A stretch of 25,081 bases of DNA from a virus, in the UHGV virus genome UHGV-0233562. One strand, 5' to 3'. Below the pieces are notes generated by a model. It did not search any database. It was not told the origin of the DNA and saw only the letters and a program-made list of their open reading frames with translations. Position numbers and translations under genes: made by a program. The first letter of the stretch is position 1; every line of letters starts with the position of its first letter. This document shows positions 8,457 to 17,908 of the stretch, one piece after another.

Positions 8457-8819
8457 ATTAATATTAAATCGGATTATTTTTAGCGCTGAATGTGAAATTT
8501 AAATAAAAAGGACTCTTCCATGAGTCAAAATCCTTGAAATCTTAAGGGTAAGATAAAAGGTCATTAGACAGAATGACACGTTTTATTAATAAATAAAGCT
8601 ATTGTTTCATTCGTGTGTTTTTCTTTACAAAAGTAATCCTTGCTATGGTTGGTTAATCATGCGTTAATGGTGTTCTGGTTTGTTACAAAATTATCTGAAG
8701 CAGTCATTGTTATAATTTTATTATTTGTACCTCTTGAGATTTCCTTGTTGGTTTTTCTCTCTGATATTTTTTTTCGGACCATTCTGCCCAAGGGCTAACT
8801 TCTTCAAAAGGTAATAATG

Positions 8820-9032
8820 ATGTCTAACAAAATGACTGGTTTAGTGAAATGGTTTAACCCTGAAAAAGGTTTTGGTTTCATCACGCCGAAAGATGGTAGC
8901 AAAGATGTGTTTGTGCATTTCTCAGCTATTCAGAGCAACGATTTCAAAACGTTAACTGAGAATCAGGAAGTCGAATTTGGTATTGAGAACGGACCTAAAG
9001 GCCCTGCAGCTGTTCATGTAGTGGCACTTTGA
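8820..9032 (+). CDS. CspA-family cold-shock protein (CspB/CspI-like)
   Basis: [38 protein letters not shown]...: cold-shock domain with RNP1 (KGFGFI) and RNP2 (VFVHF) motifs; preceded by a long AT-rich leader of about 360 nt. Confidence 0.9.
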   Translation: MSNKMTGLVKWFNPEKGFGFITPKDGSKDVFVHFSAIQSNDFKTLTENQEVEFGIENGPKGPAAVHVVAL

Positions 9033-9238
9033 GGTAGAAAATATTACAAACCATATTCACTTTAGATGCCCGTGTTGCCATGGTTCTCAGTATAGAACAT
9101 CATCTTTTGATGTTTCTGACAGAAATCCTTTCGGGGCAAAATGTATCTTTTGTAAATCAATGATGATTACATTTGATAATATTTCACAATACTTAAATGT
9201 TAGCCATCTGTCGTTAGATTTAAGAAAGTGAAAATGAA

Positions 9239-9260
9239 GGCTCCTTCGGGAGCTTTTTTG
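9239..9260 (+). terminator. Rho-independent terminator downstream of the csp gene
   Basis: GGCTCC-TTCG-GGAGC hairpin followed by TTTTTTG. Confidence 0.5.
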
Positions 9261-9303
9261 CTTAGTGTCTAGTCGATGGATACTCACATATTACGGTAAC
9301 ATT

Positions 9304-9534
9304 ATGAAAAAAATAATAGTTTTTTTTAACTCTGAACCAGCAATGGTAGTGCCAGTGATGACCGGAGTTAACACCATCATGCGTGAATATCCAAATGGCG
9401 AAACAACACACCTCACTGTAATGGCTGCAGGGTTTCCATCTCTGACCGGAGATCATAAAGTCATTTATGTAGCAGCGGATCGACATGTAACTTCAGAAGA
9501 AATTCTGGAAGCAGCAATGAGACTCTTGAATTGA
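9304..9534 (+). CDS. Hypothetical small protein (76 aa from ATG 9304)
   Basis: The track ORF starts at 9265 inside the terminator hairpin, so ATG 9304 (MKKIIVFF...) is more plausible; weak SD. Lies among cold-shock-type accessory genes; no family assignment made. Confidence 0.45.
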   Translation: MKKIIVFFNSEPAMVVPVMTGVNTIMREYPNGETTHLTVMAAGFPSLTGDHKVIYVAADRHVTSEEILEAAMRLLN

Positions 9535-9703
9535 TTTGATTCTAATGCATTGATAATAAATGATAATCATCTTTATCTGTTTGTGTGAAATTTAGACCGT
9601 CGTATGTTGATTATTGCGATGTTTCATCTTATCTTTTATACGTTTGCTCCATATAATTGACACTACTGTGTACCAGGACAGTCATAACAGACTAAAAGAG
9701 GAA

Positions 9704-9880
9704 ATGATGAACATTGAAGAGTTAAAAACAAAAACAGAAGCAGATATTTCTGAATATATAACAAAAAAAATCATTGAGCTTAAGAAAAAGACCGGGAAAG
9801 AAGTTACCAGTATCCAGTTTACTGCACGGGAAAAAATGACTGGTCTTGAAAGCTATGATATCAAGATTGATTTAATCTAG
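9704..9880 (+). CDS. gnsB: GnsA/GnsB-family small protein (58 aa)
   Basis: SD AAAGAGGAA then ATGATG 9704; MMNIEELKTKTEADISEYITKKIIELKKKTGKEVTSIQFTAREKMTGLESYDIKIDLI matches the GnsA/GnsB pattern as recalled (..NIEELK...KTGKEV..I.FTAREKMTGLESYD.KI). Confidence 0.8.
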   Translation: MMNIEELKTKTEADISEYITKKIIELKKKTGKEVTSIQFTAREKMTGLESYDIKIDLI

Positions 9881-9944
9881 CATGTTTATAGTATTAGCAT
9901 CAATTTCTCATCAGATGCTATTCAACAATACAAATTACCCATAA

Positions 9945-9966
9945 ACCTCGTTTTTACGGGGTTTTG
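9945..9966 (+). terminator. Weak rho-independent terminator after the gnsB-like gene
   Basis: CCTCG-TTTTTA-CGGGG hairpin (one G-U pair) followed by TTTTG. Confidence 0.4.
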
Positions 9967-10175
9967 TTATATTTAAACATTACCGAATAGATATAAATCT
10001 CGATTGTCGATGGTATTGGTTGTGTGACAATACCTAGTCTTTCCGGTATGCCTGAAGAGAATACAAACGACAGATTATGTAAGGGAAACGCGCTGAAACT
10101 TTCACTCTTTCATGCTGAGTGATTTGACGTTATATTTTTAGCCGCAAGTGAAGAGCAAACGAATGGAGCGACAAA

Positions 10176-10382
10176 ATGCATAAAGATCAATACACTGATG
10201 CCCCCTCCCAGGAGCAGGTTCGTGTAAAAACTATGCTTAATAGCACCATTTCGATGGGTTACCCGGATGTTGTAATTGCATGTATAGAACATCAAGTATC
10301 TCTGGAAGCATTCAGGGCAATTGAGGCCGCGTTAGTAAAGCACGATAAGAATACGAAGGATTATTCCCTGGTGGTTGACTGA
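10176..10382 (+). CDS. Hypothetical small protein (68 aa)
   Basis: ORF with a weak SD; no family recognised. Confidence 0.4.
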   Translation: MHKDQYTDAPSQEQVRVKTMLNSTISMGYPDVVIACIEHQVSLEAFRAIEAALVKHDKNTKDYSLVVD

Positions 10383-10739
10383 TCACCATAACTGCTAACC
10401 ATTCTGACCATTTCACAAGTGACAGAGTCAATATCGTATTCTGTCACTGTAAGGCTAATACAGTACTGCAATTCAACTACAGCAATGCCTCGTATTTAGG
10501 TGAATTTACAATATCGTCCAGTTCGGATGCCGGCTGCATTTCTGAAGATAAGGCATTTCGGTTCGCGTATTTTCCCCTCATGCTCGTCAGTCCTGCGCGT
10601 AGTAAGAAACAGGACACTCACACTAATTTGTGTGGGCATGCTGTGATGTCCTTCTGAATTATACCCATGCCATTATGTAACGCTCTGTTTCAGATGCTCG
10701 TCACGGTTGTCAGGCTGTCGGGTCCTCCCAGTGGGGGTC

Positions 10740-10934
10740 CCTGCCACGGGGCGGGAGCGTCGCGGAAAAAGGCTAGTTTTTGAAATTTCATTCGTCATCA
10801 CCACTACTGTAATAGATTGATATTACAGTATATTTATTTTTGTGGTGTCGATTTTGATTGTTTTTTGTTCATCACTAACACCGTTTGCCTAAAGTCGTTC
10901 GCAAGATGCATGTTTAAAACATTCTGGAGCGGGT
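10740..10934 (+). other. Putative cos site (cosN near 10749-10760, cosB between cosN and Nu1)
   Basis: ACGGGGCGGGAGCGTCGCGG...TTCGTCAT lies about 185 bp upstream of the Nu1 start and resembles the phage lambda cos junction and left end as I recall them (ACGGGGCGGCGACCTCGCGG...TTCGTCAT); spacing to Nu1 is as in lambda. Exact nick positions not determinable. Confidence 0.5.
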
Positions 10935-11429
10935 ATGGATCGAGAGTTAAAAAATCTGACGCTGAATATCAGTCAATTGGCGGCACTGTCAGGTGTACAT
11001 CGCCAGACTGCTGCGGCAAGGCTGCAAAATCTACCCGTTGCAGGGGGGCATGAAAGCAACCTCAAGCTTTATCGGGTGGTTGATATTGTGTCGGCATTTC
11101 TGGCATTACCACCGCCGGTTGCAGAAGGCGAAATGGACGCACATGAGCGCAAAGCCTGGTATCAGTCTGAACGTGAGCGTCTTAAGTTCGAACAGGAAAC
11201 GGCACAACTCATTCCGGCCAGTGATGTCAGACGGGAGTTTGCCATCTGGGCAAAAGCGGTCGTGCAGGTGCTGGAGACATTACCGGATATTCTTGAACGT
11301 GACTGCGGTCTGCAGCCTGCCGCTGTGAGCCGTGTTCAGTCCATTATTGATGATCTGCGCGATCAGATAGCCCTGCGGGTGACTGAACCAGGTGCGGATG
11401 ATGAGGAGGAATTACAGCAGGAGGAGTAA
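10935..11429 (+). CDS. Nu1: Terminase small subunit (Nu1-like)
   Basis: 164 aa directly upstream of, and overlapping (TAATG), the large terminase; N-terminal helix-turn-helix-like region (LNISQLAALSGVHRQTAAARLQ) and acidic C-terminus. Confidence 0.8.
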   Translation: MDRELKNLTLNISQLAALSGVHRQTAAARLQNLPVAGGHESNLKLYRVVDIVSAFLALPPPVAEGEMDAHERKAWYQSERERLKFEQETAQLIPASDVRREFAIWAKAVVQVLETLPDILERDCGLQPAAVSRVQSIIDDLRDQIALRVTEPGADDEEELQQEE

Positions 11430-13531
11430 TGCTGAATCAGGAAACCGCAAAGGCAGCACGAACCGATTCAGGTTATATCCTTCGCGCACCGAGACGAATG
11501 CGGGTTGCTGATGCCGTTGCTCAGTATATGCGGGTGCCCATGGGGGCAGGGAACTCAGTCCCATGGGATCCGCTGGTGGCACCGTATGTTATTGAGCCTA
11601 TGAACTGCCTGGCCTCGCGTGAATACGACGCAGTGATATTTGTTGGCCCGGCACGAACCGGCAAGACTATCGGCCTGATTGACGGCTGGGTGATTTACAA
11701 CGTGATTTGCGATCCTGCTGATATGCTGATCATTCAGATGACGGAGGAAAAAGCCCGCGAACACTCCAAAAAACGACTCGCCAGAACGTTTCGCGTCAGC
11801 CCGGAAGTGGTCAGTCGCCTGAGTCCGAACAAAAATGACAACAACGTTTATGACAGAACATTCCTTGCTGGCAACTACCTGAAAATCGGCTGGCCGTCAG
11901 TCAATATCATGTCTTCATCAGATTATAAATGCGTGGCGCTGACGGATTATGACCGTTTTCCGGAAGATATTGATGGTGAGGGGGATGCCTTCTCTCTTGC
12001 CTCAAAACGTACCACCACATTTATGTCCAGTGGTATGACGCTGGTGGAGAGTTCCCCCGGCAGGGATGTGAAGGATGTGAAATGGCGACGGACTTCACCG
12101 CATGAGGCTCCACCAACCACGGGGATCCTGTCGCTCTATAACCGTGGCGATCGCCGTCGCTGGTACTGGCCCTGTCCACACTGTGGTGAGTATTTTCAGC
12201 CCTGCGGCGATGTGGTTGCTGGTTTCCGTGATATTGCCGATCCTGTGCTGGCAAGTGAGGCGGCTTATATTCAGTGTCCTTCCTGTTCAGGACGGATTTT
12301 GCCTGAACAAAAACGCGAGCTGAACGGACGTGGGGTCTGGTTACGGGATGGTGAATCCATCAATGCAGATGGCAGTCGTTATGGTGATCCCCGGCGTTCA
12401 CGTATTGCGTCATTCTGGATGGAGGGTCCGGCAGCTGCTTATCAGACACTCTCGCAACTCGTTTACAAACTGCTTACTGCAGAACAGGAATACGAGACAA
12501 CCGGAAGTGAAGAGACACTCAAGACGGTTATCAATACCGACTGGGGATTACCTTATCTTCCCCGCGCCAGCATGGAGCAACGAAAAAGTGAATTGCTTGA
12601 GCAGCGGGCAGAGCCAGTTCCTTCCCGCAGTGTGCCGGATGGCGTTAATTTCCTTGTGGCGACAGTGGATGTGCAGGCGGGACGTCATCGCCGTTTTGTG
12701 GTTCAGGTAACGGGCTATGGCAGCCGTGGCGAACGCTGGATTATTGATCGTTACAACATCACGCAGTCATTGCGCGGTGACAGCGACGGGGAGAGCCAGC
12801 GAATTGATCCGGCCAGCTATCCGGAAGACTGGGATGTCCTGCTGACGGATGTTTTTCATAAAAGCTGGCCGCTGGCCTCCGACCCTTCTCAACAAATGCG
12901 ACTGATGGCAATGGCGGTGGACTCCGGCGGTGAAGACGGGGTCACTGATAATGCCTATAAATTCTGGCGTCGTTGCCGTCGTGATGGCCTTGGTAAACGT
13001 ATTTACCTGTTTAAGGGCGACAGCATCCGGCGAGCAAAACTGATCACCCGTACATTCCCTGATAACACCGGACGAACGGGCCGACGGGCGCAGGCCGCAG
13101 GTGATGTGCCGCTCTGGCTTCTTCAGACGGATGCCCTGAAAGACCGGGTGAATAACGCGTTATGGCGTGACTCGCCAGGTCCCGGCTATGTGCATTTCCC
13201 TGACTGGCTGGGGAGCTGGTTTTACGACGAACTGACGTATGAAGAGCGGAGCAGTGACGGGAAATGGAGTAAGCCGGGTCGCGGTGCCAACGAAGCTTTT
13301 GACCTGATGGTGTATGCCGAGGCTCTGGTCATTCTGCATGGATACGAAAAGATCCGCTGGCCGGATGCACCGGAGTGGGCGAGCCGGGAAACCTGGCTGG
13401 AGTGTGTCCCGGACAGTACCGAACCGTCACCCTCACCGGAACCGGTACCCACGCCTGTTAAAAAACAAAAACGGAAGAAAACAGTAACTGACGATGTTAA
13501 CCCCTGGCTGACTTCCGGAGGATGGTTATGA
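11429..13531 (+). CDS. A: Terminase large subunit (lambda gpA family)
   Basis: 700 aa; Walker A-like VGPARTGKT, and WYWPCPHCGEYFQP resembling lambda gpA's ACPHCGEE zinc-finger-like motif; canonical gene order. Confidence 0.95.
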   Translation: MLNQETAKAARTDSGYILRAPRRMRVADAVAQYMRVPMGAGNSVPWDPLVAPYVIEPMNCLASREYDAVIFVGPARTGKTIGLIDGWVIYNVICDPADMLIIQMTEEKAREHSKKRLARTFRVSPEVVSRLSPNKNDNNVYDRTFLAGNYLKIGWPSVNIMSSSDYKCVALTDYDRFPEDIDGEGDAFSLASKRTTTFMSSGMTLVESSPGRDVKDVKWRRTSPHEAPPTTGILSLYNRGDRRRWYWPCPHCGEYFQPCGDVVAGFRDIADPVLASEAAYIQCPSCSGRILPEQKRELNGRGVWLRDGESINADGSRYGDPRRSRIASFWMEGPAAAYQTLSQLVYKLLTAEQEYETTGSEETLKTVINTDWGLPYLPRASMEQRKSELLEQRAEPVPSRSVPDGVNFLVATVDVQAGRHRRFVVQVTGYGSRGERWIIDRYNITQSLRGDSDGESQRIDPASYPEDWDVLLTDVFHKSWPLASDPSQQMRLMAMAVDSGGEDGVTDNAYKFWRRCRRDGLGKRIYLFKGDSIRRAKLITRTFPDNTGRTGRRAQAAGDVPLWLLQTDALKDRVNNALWRDSPGPGYVHFPDWLGSWFYDELTYEERSSDGKWSKPGRGANEAFDLMVYAEALVILHGYEKIRWPDAPEWASRETWLECVPDSTEPSPSPEPVPTPVKKQKRKKTVTDDVNPWLTSGGWL

Positions 13532-13740
13532 ATCAGAATGATATTGAAGCCATGATTCAGCGTTATACGGAAGCTGAAATGGCGGTGCTGGACGGAAAAT
13601 CCGTCACTTTTAATGGTCAGCAGATGACCATGGAAAACTTATCTGAGATCCGGCAGGGGCGGCAGGAGTGGGAGCGCCGCCTTGCGGCTCTGATTACACG
13701 ACGACGGGGGCATCCCGGGTACCGGCTGGCGAGGTTCTGA
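13528..13740 (+). CDS. W: Head-tail joining protein gpW-like
   Basis: About 70 aa, SD GGAGG before ATG 13528 (alternative ATG 13522); size, position and the C-terminal RRRG motif parallel lambda gpW. Confidence 0.7.
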   Translation: MNQNDIEAMIQRYTEAEMAVLDGKSVTFNGQQMTMENLSEIRQGRQEWERRLAALITRRRGHPGYRLARF

Positions 13741-15248
13741 TGGCAATTCTTGATGATGTGATTGGCGTTTTTTCACCAGGATGGAAAGCGGCAAGGCTGC
13801 GTTCCCGTGCGGTGATCCAGGCTTATGAGGCCGTAAAAACGACGCGGACACACAAAGCCCGACGGGAGAACCGAACTGCCGACCAGTTAAGCCAGTACGG
13901 GGCCGTGTCGTTACGTGAGCAGGCTCGTTACCTTGATAACAACCACGATCTGGTCATTGGTGTATTTGACAAGCTGGAAGAACGGGTGGTGGGGAAAAAC
14001 GGGATTATTGTCGAGCCACATCCGGTATTACGCAATGGGGCCATTGCCCGTGATCTGGCAGCGGAGATACGTACCCGATGGAGTGAATGGTCTGTCAGTC
14101 CGGAGGTCACCGGGCAGTTTACCCGTCCGATGCTGGAACGTCTGATGCTGCGTACCTGGCTGCGCGATGGTGAGGTGTTTGCCCAGATGGTTTCCGGGCG
14201 CATAAACAGCCTGACGCCTTCTGCCGGTGTTCATTTCTGGCTGGAGGCGCTCGAGCCGGACTTTATTCCCATGACCAGTGATGAGAGCAACAGGCTGAAT
14301 CAGGGCGTGTTTGTTGATGACTGGGGGCGTCCCGAAAAATATCTGGTGTATAAAAGCCGTCCCGTATCCGGGCGGCAGATGGAAACCAAAGAAGTGGATG
14401 CAGAGCGAATGCTGCATCTTAAATTTGTTCGCCGTCTGCACCAGATGCGCGGGACGTCTTTGTTGTCCGGTGTGCTGATCCGCCTCAGTGCTCTGAAAGA
14501 GTATGAAGATTCTGAGCTGACTGCAGCAAGGATCGCCGCTGCTCTGGGGATGTACATCCGGAAAGGCGACGGACAGAGCTATGAAACGGATGGTAATGAC
14601 AGCAAGGAGAATGAACGCGAGCTTACCATTCAGCCAGGCATTATTTACGACGATCTGAAACCCGGCGAAGAAATCGGAATGGTGAAGTCGGATCGCCCCA
14701 ATCCTAACCTTGAAACTTTTCGTAATGGTCAGTTGCGTGCCGTGGCTGCGGGCAGTCGTCTGAGTTTTTCCAGTACAGCGCGCAACTATAACGGCACTTA
14801 CAGCGCCCAGCGTCAGGAGCTGGTTGAATCTACTGATGGCTACCTGATCCTGCAGGACTGGTTTATTGGTGCCGTCACCCGCCCGATGTACCGTGCCTGG
14901 CTGAAACAGGCTGTGGTATCCGGTGTTATCAGGCTACCCCGCGATCTGGACCGATCTTCACTGTATACCGCGGTGTATTCCGGACCGGTGATGCCGTGGA
15001 TTGACCCTGTTAAGGAGGCTGAGGCCTGGAAAATTCAGATTCGTGGTGGAGCGGCGACAGAATCAGACTGGGTACGTGCAGGTGGTCGTAATCCAGATGA
15101 TGTCAAACGTCGGCGCAAGGCCGAAATTGATGAAAACCGCAAGCTGGATCTGGTATTTGATACCGATCCGGCCAGTGATAAAGGAGGCAGCAGTGCCGCA
15201 ACGAAACGACAGGAGCCGCAGCACACCGACGACCAGTCCGAAGAATAA
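13740..15248 (+). CDS. B: Portal protein (lambda gpB family)
   Basis: ATG 13740 overlaps the W stop (TGATG); 502 aa, typical portal size and position after terminase and W. The track ORF 13668 start is an upstream in-frame extension. Confidence 0.9.
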   Translation: MAILDDVIGVFSPGWKAARLRSRAVIQAYEAVKTTRTHKARRENRTADQLSQYGAVSLREQARYLDNNHDLVIGVFDKLEERVVGKNGIIVEPHPVLRNGAIARDLAAEIRTRWSEWSVSPEVTGQFTRPMLERLMLRTWLRDGEVFAQMVSGRINSLTPSAGVHFWLEALEPDFIPMTSDESNRLNQGVFVDDWGRPEKYLVYKSRPVSGRQMETKEVDAERMLHLKFVRRLHQMRGTSLLSGVLIRLSALKEYEDSELTAARIAAALGMYIRKGDGQSYETDGNDSKENERELTIQPGIIYDDLKPGEEIGMVKSDRPNPNLETFRNGQLRAVAAGSRLSFSSTARNYNGTYSAQRQELVESTDGYLILQDWFIGAVTRPMYRAWLKQAVVSGVIRLPRDLDRSSLYTAVYSGPVMPWIDPVKEAEAWKIQIRGGAATESDWVRAGGRNPDDVKRRRKAEIDENRKLDLVFDTDPASDKGGSSAATKRQEPQHTDDQSEE

Positions 15249-15261
15249 TTCTTGGTTCAGG

Positions 15262-17220
15262 ATGCAGGCAGGTCACCAGAGTGACGCGGATATTTATATT
15301 TATGACGAGATTGGTTTCTGGGGTGTTACGGCGAAGCAGTTTATCAGTGATCTGAATGCACTGGGCGATATCACCCACATTAATCTCCATATTAATTCAC
15401 CGGGTGGCGATGTCTTTGAAGGCATCGCCATTTTTAATGCACTGAAAACACATGGTGCGTCCATTACCGTTTATGTCGACGGTGTGGCGGCGTCAATGGC
15501 GTCGGTCATTGCGATGGTGGGAAACCCGGTCATTATGCCGGAAAACTCCTTCATGATGATTCATAAACCATTTGGCTTTACGGGCGGTGATGCGGAGGAC
15601 ATGCGCACCTATGCCGACCTGCTCGATAAAGTTGAGGCGGTTCTGTTACCCGCTTATGCACAGAAAACCGGGAAAACCACCGATGAAATTGCTGCCATGC
15701 TGGCGGATGAGACCTGGATGTCCGGTGCCGAATGTCTGGCACAGGGATTTGCTGATCAGGTGACACCAGCCGTTAAGGCAATGGCATGTATTCAGTCAAA
15801 ACGTACAGAGGAATTTAAAAAGATGCCGGAATCCATTCGAAATATGATTACTCCGCCACGCAACAGTGCTCCACGCGTACAGGATGATGGACCTGCAGCC
15901 TCCCGGACGCCAGTGCAGGCAGCAGCACCCGTGGTGGATGAAAACAGCATCCGTGCGCAGGTCCTGGCAGAGCAAAAAGCGCGTGTAAACGGTATTAATG
16001 ATCTGTTTGCCATGTTTGGCGGGCGTTATCAGTCGTTGCAGGCTCAGTGTCTTGCCGATCCTGAATGTTCGCTGGAGCAGGCCCGCGAAAAGCTGTTGAA
16101 CGAGATGGGGCGCGAGTCCACGCCATCCAATAAAAATACCCCGGCTCATATTTATGCCGGTAACGGTAATTTTGTGGGGGACGGGATCCGCCAGGCGCTG
16201 ATGGCGCGCGCCGGGTTTGAAAAAACTGAACGTGATAATGTCTACAACGGGATGACCCTGCGTGAATATGCCCGTATGTCACTGACTGAACGTGGTATTG
16301 GTGTTTCCAGTTATAACCCGATGCAGATGGTCGGTGCGGCGTTCACACACAGTACGTCTGACTTCGGTAATATTCTGCTGGATGTTGCGAACAAAGCCAT
16401 TCTGCAGGGCTGGGAAGATGCTCCTGAAACCTATGAACAGTGGACGCGGAAAGGTCAGTTGTCTGATTTTAAAATTGCCCATCGTGTGGGTATGGGGGGC
16501 TTCAGTGCTCTGCGTCAGGTGCGTGAAGGGGCGGAATATAAATACGTCACCACCGGAGATAAACAGGCCACTATTGCACTGGCGACCTATGGCGAGCTGT
16601 TCAGTATCACCCGTCAGGCCATTATCAATGATGATCTGAATATGCTGACCGATGTCCCGATGAAACTGGGCCGTGCGGCGAAATCCACTATTGCCGATCT
16701 GGTTTATGCCATTCTGACGTCTAACCCGAAAATCTCCACAGATAATGTAAGTCTGTTCGATAAAGCGAAACATGCAAACGTACTGGAGAGCGCTGCAATG
16801 GACGTGGCATCGCTGGATAAAGCCCGCCAGTTGATGCGCGTTCAGAAAGAGGGGGAGCGTCATCTGAATATTCGTCCTGCGTTCGTACTGGTACCGACGG
16901 CGATGGAGTCTGTTGCTAACCAGGTCATTCGCTCCTCAAGTGTCAAGGGGGCTGACATTAACGCCGGTATTATTAACCCGGTGAAAGATTTTGCGACCGT
17001 TATTGCAGAGCCTCGTCTTGATGATAACAGCCAGACCACCTTCTACCTGGCTGCGTCAAAAGGCTCCGATACGATTGAAGTGGCTTATCTCAACGGTGTG
17101 GATACGCCATATATTGATCAGATGGAGGGCTTCAGTGTGGATGGCGTGACAACGAAAGTGCGTATTGACGCCGGTGTCGCGCCAGTTGATCACCGCGGTC
17201 TGGTGAAATGTACGGCGTAA
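15262..17220 (+). CDS. Prohead protease (ClpP/S14-like) fused in one reading frame to a scaffold-like linker and the major capsid protein (653 aa)
   Basis: ATG 15262 just after the portal stop. N-terminus has ClpP-like catalytic motifs (GVAASMASVI Ser; MMIHKP His); Ala/Pro/Gln-rich middle; C-terminal roughly 330 aa of capsid-sized domain. No stop codon between them. Confidence 0.85.
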   Translation: MQAGHQSDADIYIYDEIGFWGVTAKQFISDLNALGDITHINLHINSPGGDVFEGIAIFNALKTHGASITVYVDGVAASMASVIAMVGNPVIMPENSFMMIHKPFGFTGGDAEDMRTYADLLDKVEAVLLPAYAQKTGKTTDEIAAMLADETWMSGAECLAQGFADQVTPAVKAMACIQSKRTEEFKKMPESIRNMITPPRNSAPRVQDDGPAASRTPVQAAAPVVDENSIRAQVLAEQKARVNGINDLFAMFGGRYQSLQAQCLADPECSLEQAREKLLNEMGRESTPSNKNTPAHIYAGNGNFVGDGIRQALMARAGFEKTERDNVYNGMTLREYARMSLTERGIGVSSYNPMQMVGAAFTHSTSDFGNILLDVANKAILQGWEDAPETYEQWTRKGQLSDFKIAHRVGMGGFSALRQVREGAEYKYVTTGDKQATIALATYGELFSITRQAIINDDLNMLTDVPMKLGRAAKSTIADLVYAILTSNPKISTDNVSLFDKAKHANVLESAAMDVASLDKARQLMRVQKEGERHLNIRPAFVLVPTAMESVANQVIRSSSVKGADINAGIINPVKDFATVIAEPRLDDNSQTTFYLAASKGSDTIEVAYLNGVDTPYIDQMEGFSVDGVTTKVRIDAGVAPVDHRGLVKCTA

Positions 17221-17243
17221 ACGTCGCAGACAACAACTCTGAT

Positions 17244-17263
17244 GCCCGTAAGGGCTTTTTTTG
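17244..17263 (+). terminator. Intra-operon rho-independent terminator/attenuator after the capsid gene
   Basis: GCCC-GTAA-GGGC hairpin followed by TTTTTTT. Confidence 0.5.
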
Positions 17264-17305
17264 TACCTGAAATCAGCCCCTGAACGGGGCAGTGCGGAGA
17301 CAGTT

Positions 17306-17629
17306 ATGGCAAAGAATTTTGTAGAAGAAGGAAAAACGGTGGCGATTGTTGCCAGTGCAGCCATCAGCAGCGGAGATCTGGTGCAGGTGGGTGATGTTTT
17401 TGCGGTGGCGCTGACCGATATTCCACAGGGTGAAACAGGCGACGGCATGACCGAAGGTGTGTTTATGCTGCCTAAGCTGAAAACGGATGATATGAAAACG
17501 GGTAAGAAGGTTTATCTGAAGTCCGGAAAAGTTCAGCTGACTAACAGTGGCTCTGATCCGCTGGTCGGGGTTGTCTGGGCAGATGCCGGAACCAGTGCAG
17601 AAGAAGTGCCGGTAAAACTCAATGTCTGA
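17306..17629 (+). CDS. Small head-associated protein (107 aa; possible decoration/cement-type protein)
   Basis: SD GGAGA then ATG 17306; position immediately after the capsid gene. Family assignment tentative. Confidence 0.55.
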   Translation: MAKNFVEEGKTVAIVASAAISSGDLVQVGDVFAVALTDIPQGETGDGMTEGVFMLPKLKTDDMKTGKKVYLKSGKVQLTNSGSDPLVGVVWADAGTSAEEVPVKLNV

Positions 17630-17897
17630 TCCCTTTTCCCGGCTGGCAGCGCGTATGGATGCGATCACGGTCAGAAAGATGGGAAAGACAGCCTCGGTTA
17701 ATGATGTCGATATGACTGTGATCCCGGGAGAAACACTGGCAGAGCTGAATGCTCTGTCCGGACCTGCGGTCTCTCTGGTGGTGTTTTCTTCGGGATACCG
17801 CCCACGGCGCGGGGATCGCGTTGTTTATGACGGACAACAATGGACGGTCACACGGCATGAACGCTTTAACGGTAAGCCAATGATCTTTATTGAGTAA
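17622..17897 (+). CDS. Head completion / head-tail connector-type small protein (91 aa)
   Basis: ATG overlaps the upstream stop (ATGTCTGA), indicating translational coupling; position equivalent to lambda FII. Function inferred from synteny only. Confidence 0.5.
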   Translation: MSDPFSRLAARMDAITVRKMGKTASVNDVDMTVIPGETLAELNALSGPAVSLVVFSSGYRPRRGDRVVYDGQQWTVTRHERFNGKPMIFIE

Positions 17898-17908
17898 AGA
17901 GGTGTGGG

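Noticed and set aside
9022-9231. Open frame encoding a Zn-ribbon-like peptide (CPCCHG...CIFCKS) downstream of the csp gene
   Set aside because: No ATG, GTG or TTG start codon anywhere in the open frame after the upstream stop at 9019-9021; likely chance or a decayed remnant.
10805-10830. LexA (SOS) box suggested by TACTGTA...TACAGTA
   Set aside because: Spacing between the CTGT and ACAG half-sites is 14 bp, not the 8 bp required by the LexA consensus CTGT-N8-ACAG.
12330-12710. 126-aa + strand ORF inside the terminase large subunit gene
   Set aside because: Out-of-frame overlap entirely within a well-supported gene; no independent signal.
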